From NCBI GenBank assembly GCA_964057225.1, contig OZ059900.1, positions 1,736,001 through 1,800,000 on the forward strand: 64,000 nucleotides of DNA. Reading direction: 5' to 3'. The stretch is from Auanema rhodensis (Eukaryota; Animalia; Nematoda). The position numbers and the translations under genes were made by a program. Of this stretch, positions 55,001-64,000 are shown one piece after another. How positions within the stretch are numbered: position 1 is the first letter of the stretch; each line of letters starts with the position of its first letter. The notes beneath the pieces were generated by a model. It saw only the letters and a list, made by a program, of their open reading frames with translations, was not told the origin of the DNA and made no database searches.

Positions 55001-56648
55001 AATACACAAAATCAGTCTATTTTTATGAGCTTGCACTGATATATATTCATTTTGATCAAAAAAGGTCGAAAATAGAAAGAATTTTTGAAATTTCCGAGTT
55101 TTGAGTCTAATTTGGCTAAATCGCTCATATATATGATCAGAAGCATAGTTTTAATGTCTATGACAACAAAAATCATCAATTAAACGCTAGTGATATTTAA
55201 ATACTGATTTTCGCTCAAATAGCATTACTACACTAAGTATGGTCGTTTTTATGCTTTTAACACCATATACTCACCGATTTTTGGTACAAAATCTGTAATA
55301 CTCGTAAAATTTGATCATATTTGTTAAGATTTGAGAATCAAACACACAATACACAAAATCAGTCTATTTTTATGAGTTTACACTGATATATATTCATTTT
55401 CATCAAAAAAGGTCGAAAATAGAAAGAATTTTTGAATTTTCCGAGTTTTGAGTCGAATTGGGCTAAATCGCTCATATATATGATCAAAAGCATAGTTTTA
55501 CTGTCTATGATAACAAAAGTCTTCAAATATACACTAATAATGATTAAATCACTGAATTTCACTCAAATAGCATTACTACACTAAGTATGGTCGTTTTTAT
55601 GCCTTTAACACCATATACTCACCGATTTTTGGTACAAAATCTGTAATACTCGTAAATTTCGATCATATTCGTTAAGATTCGAGAATCAAACACACAATAC
55701 ACGAAATAAGTTTATTTTGACGAATTTGCACTGATATTTATTCATTTTGATCAAAAAAGGTCGAAAATAGAAAGAATTTTTTAATTTTCCGAGTTTTGAG
55801 TCCAATTGGGCTAAATCGCTCATATATATGATCAAAAGCATAGTTTCACTGTCTATGATAACAAAAGTCTTCAAATATACACTAGTAATGATTAAATCAC
55901 TGAATTTCACTCAAATAGCATTACTACACTAAGTATGGTCGTTTTTATGCCTTTAACACCATATACTCACCGATTTTTGGTACAAAATCTGTAATACTTG
56001 TAAATTTTGATCATATTTGTTAAGATTCGAGAATCAAACACATAATACACGAAATAAGTCTATTTTTACAAGTTTGCACTGATATTTATTCATTTTGATC
56101 AAAAAAAGGTCGAAAATAGAAAAATTTTTTGAAATTTCCGAGTTTTGAGTCCAATTTGGCTAAATCGCTCATATATAAGATCAAAAGCATAGTTTTATTG
56201 TCTATAACAACAAAAGTCATCAATTAAACGCTAGTGATATTTAAATACTGATTTTCGCTCAAGTAGCATTACTACACTAAGTATGGTCGTTTTTATGCCT
56301 TTAACACCATATACTCACCGATTTTTGGTACAAAATCTGTAATACTTGTAAATTTTGATCATATTCGTTAAGATTTGAGAATCGAACATACAATACACAA
56401 AATCAGTCTATTTTTATGAGCTTGCACTGATATATATTCATTTTGATCAAAAAAGGTCGAAAATAGAAAGAATTTTTGAAATTTCCGAGTTTTGAGTCTA
56501 ATTTGGCTAAATCGCTCATATATATGATCAGAAGCATAGTTTTAATGTCTATGACAACAAAAATCATCAATTAAACGCTAGTGTTGTTTAAATACTGATT
56601 TTCGCTCAAATAGCATTACTACACTAAGTATGGTCGTTTTTATGCCTT
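43094..56648. repeat. HOR copy 4, canonical 39-mer (13,555 bp)
   Basis: Constant 13,555-bp offset between identical ORF variants: 35874/49429, 37264/50819, 40066/53621, 43195/56750, 45260/58815, 47345/60900. Confidence 0.93.
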
Positions 56649-59600
56649 TAACACCATATACTCACCGATTTTTGGTACAAAATCTGTAATACTCGTAAAA
56701 TTTGATCATATTTGTTAAGATTTGAGAATCAAACACACAATACACAAAATCAGTCTATTTTTATGAGTTTACACTGATATATATTCATTTTCATCAAAAA
56801 AGGTCGAAAATAGAAAGAATTTTTGAATTTTCCGAGTTTTGAGTCGAATTGGGCTAAATCGCTCATATATATGATCAAAAGCATAGTTTTACTGTCTATG
56901 ATAACAAAAGTCTTCAAATATACACTAATAATGATTAAATCACTGAATTTCACTCAAATAGCATTACTACACTAAGTATGGTCGTTTTTATGCCTTTAAC
57001 ACCATATACTCACCGATTTTTGGTACAAAATCTGTAATACTTGTAAATTTTGATCATATTTGTTAAGATTCGAGAATCAAACACATAATACACAAAATAA
57101 GTCTATTTTTACAAGTTTGCACTGATATTTATTCATTTTGATCAAAAAAGGTCGAAAATAGAAAGAATTTTTAAAATTTCCGAGTTTTGAGTCCAATTTG
57201 GCTAAATCGCTCATATATATGATCAAAAGCATAGTTTTATTGTCTATAACAACAAAAGTCATCAATTAAACGCTAGTGATGTTTAAATACTGAATTTCGC
57301 TCAAATAGCATTACTACACTAAGTATGGTCGTTTTTATGCCTTTAACACCATATACTCACCGATTTTTGGTACAAAATCTGTAATACTCGTAAATTTTGA
57401 TCATATTCGTTAAGATTTGAGAATCAAACATACAATACACAAAATCAGTCTATTTTTATGAGCTTGCACTGATATATATTCATTTTGATCAAAAAAGGTC
57501 GAAAATAGAAAGAATTTTTGAAATTTCCGAGTTTTGAGTCTAATTTGGCTAAATCGCTCATATATATGATCAAAAGCATAGTTTTATTGTCTATGACAAC
57601 AAAAGTCATCAATTAAATGCTAGTGATGTTTAAATACTGAATTTCGCTCAAATAGCATTACTACACTAAGTATGGTCGTTTTTATGCCTTTAACACCATA
57701 TACTCACCGATTTTTGGTACAAAATCTGTAATACTCGTAAATTTTGATCATATTCGGTGAGATTCGAGAATCAAACACACAATACACGAAATAAGTTTAT
57801 TTTGACGAGTTTGCACTGGTATTTATTCATTTTGATCAAAAAAGGTCGAAAATAGAAAGAATTTTTGAATTTTCCGAGTTTTGAGTCCAATTGGGCTAAA
57901 TCGCTAATATATATGATCAAAAGCATAGTTTTACTGTCTATGATAACAAAAGTCTTCAAATATACACTAATAATGTGTAAATCACTGAATTTCACTCAAA
58001 TAGCTTTACTACACTAAGTATGGTCGTTTTTATGCCTTTAACACCATATACTCACCGATTTTTGGTACAAAATCTGTAATACTCGTAAATTTCGATCATA
58101 TTCGTTAAGATTCGAGAATCAAACACACAATACACGAAATAAGTTTATTTTTACGAGTTTGCACTGATATTTATTCATTTTGATCAAAAAAGGTCGAAAA
58201 TAGAAAGAATTTTTGAATTTTCCGAGTTTTGAGTCCAATTGGGCTAAATCGCTCATATATATGATCAAAAGCATAGTTTCACTGTCTATGATAACAAAAG
58301 TCTTCAAATATACACTAATAATGATTAAATCACTGAATTTCACTCAAATAGCATTACTACACTAAGTATGGTCGTTTTTATGCCTTTAACACCATATACT
58401 CACCGATTTTTGGTACAAAATCTGTAATACTCGTAAATTTCGATCATATTCGTTAAGATTCGAGAATCAAACACACAATACACGAAATAAGTTTATTTTT
58501 ACGAGTTTGCACTGATATTTATTCATTTTGATCAAAAAAGGTCGAAAATAGAAAGAATTTTTGAATTTTCCGAGTTTTGAGTCCAATTGGGCTAAATCGC
58601 TCATATATATGATCAAAAGCATAGTTTCACTGTCTATGATAACAAAAGTCTTCAAATATACACTAGTAATGATGAAATCACTGAATTTCACTCAAATAGC
58701 ATTACTACACTAAGTATGGTCGTTTTTATGCCTTTAACACCATATACTCACCGATTTTTGGTACAAAATCTGTAATACTTGTAAATTTTGATCATATTTG
58801 TTAAGATTCGAGAATCAAACACATAATACACGAAATAAGTCTATTTTTACAAGTTTGCACTGATATTTATTCATTTTGATCAAAAAAGGTCGAAAATAGA
58901 AAGAATTTTTGAAATTTCCGAGTTTTGAGTCCAATTTGGCTAAATCGCTCATATATATGATCAAAAGCATAGTGTTATTGTCTATAACAACAAAAGTCAT
59001 CAATTAAACGCTAGTGATGTTTAAATACTGAATTTCGCTCAAATAGCATTACTACACTAAGTATGGTCGTTTTTATGCCTTTAACACCATATACTCACCG
59101 ATTTTTGGTACAAAATCTGTAATACTCGTAAATTTTGATCATATTCGTTAAGATTTGAGAATCAAACATACAATACACAAAATCAGTCTATTTTTATGAG
59201 CTTGCACTGATATATATTCATTTTGATCAAAAAAGGTCGAAAATAGAAAGAATTTTTGAAATTTCCGAGTTTTGAGTCTAATTTGGCTAAATCGCTCATA
59301 TATATGATCAAAAGCATAGTTTTATTGTCTATGACAACAAAAGTCATCAATTAAATGCTAGTGATGTTTAAATACTGAATTTCGCTCAAATAGCATTACT
59401 ACACTAAGTATGGTCGTTTTTATGCCTTTAACACCATATACTCACCGATTTTTGGTACAAAATCTGTAATACTCGTAAATTTTGATCATATCCGGTGAGA
59501 TTCGAGAATCAAACACACAATACACGAAATAAGTTTATTTTGACGAGTTTGCACTGGTATTTATTCATTTTGATCAAAAAAGGTCGAAAATAGAAAGAAT

Positions 59601-62600
59601 TTTTGAATTTTCCGAGTTTTGAGTCCAATTGGGCTAAATCGCTCATATATATGATCAAAAGCATAGTTTTACTGTCTATGATAACAAAAGTCTTCAAATA
59701 TACACTAATAATGTGTAAATCACTGAATTTCACTCAAATAGCTTTACTACACTAAGTATGGTCGTTTTTATGCCTTTAACACCATATACTCACCGATTTT
59801 TGGTACAAAATCTGTAATACTCGTAAATTTCGATCATATTCGTTAAGATTCGAGAATCAAACACACAATACACGAAATAAGTTTATTTTTACGAGTTTGC
59901 ACTGATATTTATTCATTTTGATCAAAAAAGGTCGAAAATAGAAAGAATTTTTGAATTTTCCGAGTTTTGAGTCCAATTGGGCTAAATCGCTCATATATAT
60001 GATCAAAAGCATAGTTTCACTGTCTATGATAACAAAAGTCTTCAAATATACACTAGTAATGATTAAATCACTGAATTTCACTCAAATAGCATTACTACAC
60101 TAAGTATGGTCGTTTTTATGCCTTTAACACCATATACTCACCGATTTTTGGTACAAAATCTGTAATACTTGTAAATTTTGATCATATTTGTTAAGATTCG
60201 AGAATCAAACACATAATACACGAAATAAGTCTATTTTTACAAGTTTGCACTGATATTTATTCATTTTGATCAAAAAAAGGTCGAAAATAGAAAAATTTTT
60301 TGAAATTTCCGAGTTTTGAGTCCAATTTGGCTAAATCGCTCATATATAAGATCAAAAGCATAGTTTTATTGTCTATAACAACAAAAGTCATCAATTAAAC
60401 GCTAGTGATATTTAAATACTGATTTTCGCTCAAGTAGCATTACTACACTAAGTATGGTCGTTTTTATGCCTTTAACACCATATACTCACCGATTTTTGGT
60501 ACAAAATCTGTAATACTTGTAAATTTTGATCATATTCGTTAAGATTTGAGAATCGAACATACAATACACAAAATCAGTCTATTTTTATGAGCTTGCACTG
60601 ATATATATTCATTTTGATCAAAAAAGGTCGAAAATAGAAAGAATTTTTGAAATTTCCGAGTTTTGAGTCTAATTTGGCTAAATCGCTCATATATATGATC
60701 AGAAGCATAGTTTTAATGTCTATGACAACAAAAATCATCAATTAAACGCTAGTGATGTTTAAATACTGATTTTCGCTCAAATAGCATTACTACACTAAGT
60801 ATGGTCGTTTTTATGCCTTTAACACCATATACTCACCGATTTTTGGTACAAAATCTGTAATACTCGTAAAATTTGATCATATTTGTTAAGATTTGAGAAT
60901 CAAACACACAATACACGAAATAAGTTTATTTTGACGAGTTTGCACTGGTATTTATTCATTTTGATCAAAAAAGGTCGAAAATAGAAAGAATTTTTGAATT
61001 TTCCGAGTTTTGAGTCCAATTGGGCTAAATCGCTCATATATATGATCAAAAGCATAGTTTTACTGTCTATGATAACAAAAGTCATCAATTAAACGCTAGT
61101 GATGTTTAAATACTGAATTTCGCTCAAATAGCATTACTACACTAAGTATGGTCGTTTTTATGCTTTTAACACCATATACTCACCGATTTTTGGTACAAAA
61201 TCTGTAATACTCGTAAAATTTGATCATATTTGTTAAGATTTGAGAATCAAACACACAATACACGAAATAAGTTTATTTTGACGAGTTTGCACTGGTATTT
61301 ATTCATTTTGATCAAAAAAGGTCGAAAATAGAAAGAATTTTTGAATTTTCCGAGTTTTGAGTCCAATTGGGCTAAATCGCTCATATATATGATCAAAAGC
61401 ATAGTTTTACTGTCTATGATAACAAAAGTCATCAATTAAACGCTAGTGATGTTTAAATACTGAATTTCGCTCAAATAGCATTACTACACTAAGTATGGTC
61501 GTTTTTATGCCTTTAACACCATATACTCACCGATTTTTGGTACAAAATCTGTAATACTCGTAAATTTTGATCATATTCGTTAAGATTTGAGAATCAAACA
61601 TACAATACACAAAATCAGTCTATTTTTATGAGCTTGCACTGATATATATTCATTTTGATCAAAAAAGGTCGAAAATAGAAAGAATTTTTGAAATTTCCGA
61701 GTTTTGAGTCTAATTTGGCTAAATCGCTCATATATATGATCAAAAGCATAGTTTTATTGTCTATGACAACAAAAGTCATCAATTAAATGCTAGTGATGTT
61801 TAAATACTGAATTTCGCTCAAATAGCATTACTACACTAAGTATGGTCGTTTTTATGCCTTTAACACCATATACTCACCGATTTTTGGTACAAAATCTGTA
61901 ATACTCGTAAATTTTGATCATATTCGGTGAGATTCGAGAATCAAACACACAATACACGAAATAAGTTTATTTTGACGAGTTTGCACTGGTATTTATTCAT
62001 TTTGATCAAAAAAGGTCGAAAATAGAAAGAATTTTTGAATTTTCCGAGTTTTGAGTCCAATTGGGCTAAATCGCTAATATATATGATCAAAAGCATAGTT
62101 TTACTGTCTATGATAACAAAAGTCTTCAAATATACACTAATAATGTGTAAATCACTGAATTTCACTCAAATAGCTTTACTACACTAAGTATGGTCGTTTT
62201 TATGCCTTTAACACCATATACTCACCGATTTTTGGTACAAAATCTGTAATACTCGTAAATTTCGATCATATTCGTTAAGATTCGAGAATCAAACACACAA
62301 TACACGAAATAAGTTTATTTTTACGAGTTTGCACTGATATTTATTCATTTTGATCAAAAAAGGTCGAAAATAGAAAGAATTTTTGAATTTTCCGAGTTTT
62401 GAGTCCAATTGGGCTAAATCGCTCATATATATGATCAAAAGCATAGTTTCACTGTCTATGATAACAAAAGTCTTCAAATATACACTAATAATGATTAAAT
62501 CACTGAATTTCACTCAAATAGCATTACTACACTAAGTATGGTCGTTTTTATGCCTTTAACACCATATACTCACCGATTTTTGGTACAAAATCTGTAATAC

Positions 62601-64000
62601 TTGTAAATTTTGATCATATTTGTTAAGATTCGAGAATCAAACACATAATACACAAAATAAGTCTATTTTTACAAGTTTGCACTGATATTTATTCATTTTG
62701 ATCAAAAAAGGTCGAAAATAGAAAGAATTTTTGAAATTTCCGAGTTTTGAGTCCAATTTGGCTAAATCGCTCATATATATGATCAAAAGCATAGTTTTAT
62801 TGTCTATAACAACAAAAGTCATCAATTAAACGCTAGTGATGTTTAAATACTGAATTTCGCTCAAATAGCATTACTACACTAAGTATGGTCGTTTTTATGC
62901 CTTTAACACCATATACTCACCGATTTTTGGTACAAAATCTGTAATACTCGTAGATTTTGATCATATTCGTTAAGATTTGAGAATCAAACATACAATACAC
63001 AAAATCAGTCTATTTTTATGAGCTTGCACTGATATATATTCATTTTGATCAAAAAAGGTCGAAAATAGAAAGAATTTTTGAAATTTCCGAGTTTTGAGTC
63101 TAATTTGGCTAAATCGCTCATATATATGATCAAAAGCATAGTTTTATTGTCTATGACAACAAAAGTCATCAATTAAATGCTAGTGATGTTTAAATACTGA
63201 ATTTCGCTCAAATAGCATTACTACACTAAGTATGGTCGTTTTTATGCCTTTAACACCATATACTCACCGATTTTTGGTACAAAATCTGTAATACTCGTAA
63301 ATTTTGATCATATTCGGTGAGATTCGAGAATCAAACACACAATACACGAAATAAGTTTATTTTGACGAGTTTGCACTGGTATTTATTCATTTTGATCAAA
63401 AAAGGTCGAAAATAGAAAGAATTTTTGAATTTTCCGAGTTTTGAGTCCAATTGGGCTAAATCGCTCATATATATGATCAAAAGCATAGTTTTACTGTCTA
63501 TGATAACAAAAGTCTTCAAATATACACTAATAATGTGTAAATCACTGAATTTCACTCAAATAGCTTTACTACACTAAGTATGGTCGTTTTTATGCCTTTA
63601 ACACCATATACTCACCGATTTTTGGTACAAAATCTGTAATACTCGTAAATTTTGATCATATTCGGTGAGATTCGAGAATCAAACACACAATACACGAAAT
63701 AAGTTTATTTTGACGAGTTTGCACTGGTATTTATTCATTTTGATCAAAAAAGGTCGAAAATAGAAAGAATTTTTGAATTTTCCGAGTTTTGAGTCCAATT
63801 GGGCTAAATCGCTAATATATATGATCAAAAGCATAGTTTTACTGTCTATGATAACAAAAGTCTTCAAATATACACTAATAATGTGTAAATCACTGAATTT
63901 CACTCAAATAGCTTTACTACACTAAGTATGGTCGTTTTTATGCCTTTAACACCATATACTCACCGATTTTTGGTACAAAATCTGTAATACTTGTAAATTT
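56649..64000. repeat. HOR copy 5 (partial, truncated by window end; contains one extra monomer)
   Basis: The offset to copy 4 is 13,555 up to ORF 60900, then 13,902 (+347) from ORF 61941 onward. Confidence 0.9.
60820..61513. repeat. Tandem duplication of a single 347-bp mosaic monomer
   Basis: The MMTFVIIDSK-type ORF, single in other HOR copies, occurs at both 60900 and 61247. Confidence 0.9.

Larger units (their letters stand above)
1..64000. repeat. Tandem satellite DNA array, 347/348-bp monomer, 184 full copies plus one partial; continues beyond both window edges
   Basis: The motif taacaccatatactcaccgatttttggtacaaaatctgt recurs at 1, 349, 696, 1043, 1391 ... 63599, 63947. The ORF track repeats with 347/348-bp spacing. 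No unique sequence seen. Confidence 0.99.

Noticed and set aside
102-63903. More than 100 near-identical 62-74 aa minus-strand ORFs (MKFSDL.../MMTFV...)
   Set aside because: These are the same frame of the satellite monomer. Called starts are GTG/TTG, the frame is broken by stops or frameshifts in C and most B2 monomers, many variants are non-synonymous, and no protein family is recognisable. Ribo-seq or proteomics would be needed to revive them.
1-64000. CRISPR array or other repeat-spacer system (conserved box alternating with variable region)
   Set aside because: The variable parts are homologous alleles differing by SNPs, not unique spacers. The 348-bp period is far too long, and there are no cas genes or leader.
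1-64000. Transposon insertions, inversions or telomeric repeats within the array
   Set aside because: Monomer phase and orientation are continuous from 1 to 64000 and all length differences are accounted for by monomer multiples or 1-bp indels. No TIR, LTR, TSD or telomere tract was seen.

Overview
The whole 64 kb window is one uninterrupted, head-to-tail tandem satellite DNA array: 184 complete monomers of about 347-348 bp plus a 54-bp partial. It is AT-rich (97 G+C in the 348 bases of monomer 1, about 28% GC), all in one orientation, with no inversions or insertions that I could see. I found no credible genes; the >100 small minus-strand ORFs are one repeat-derived frame. The interest is in a nested hierarchy: (1) each monomer is a degenerate dimer of ~169 + ~179 bp subunits; (2) monomers fall into a few diagnostic types (here A/D, E, B, C) forming a ~1390-bp tetramer with two sub-families; (3) these form a 39-monomer, 13,555-bp higher-order repeat (HOR) present about 4.5 times; (4) HOR copies differ by whole-monomer duplications and deletions and only a handful of SNPs. 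Many diagnostic variants are CpG transitions, suggesting a methylated array. This architecture resembles a eukaryotic centromeric/pericentromeric satellite, which is inference. I cannot name the organism or satellite family from the sequence alone. All comparisons were made by eye using diagnostic variants and ORF-track offsets.
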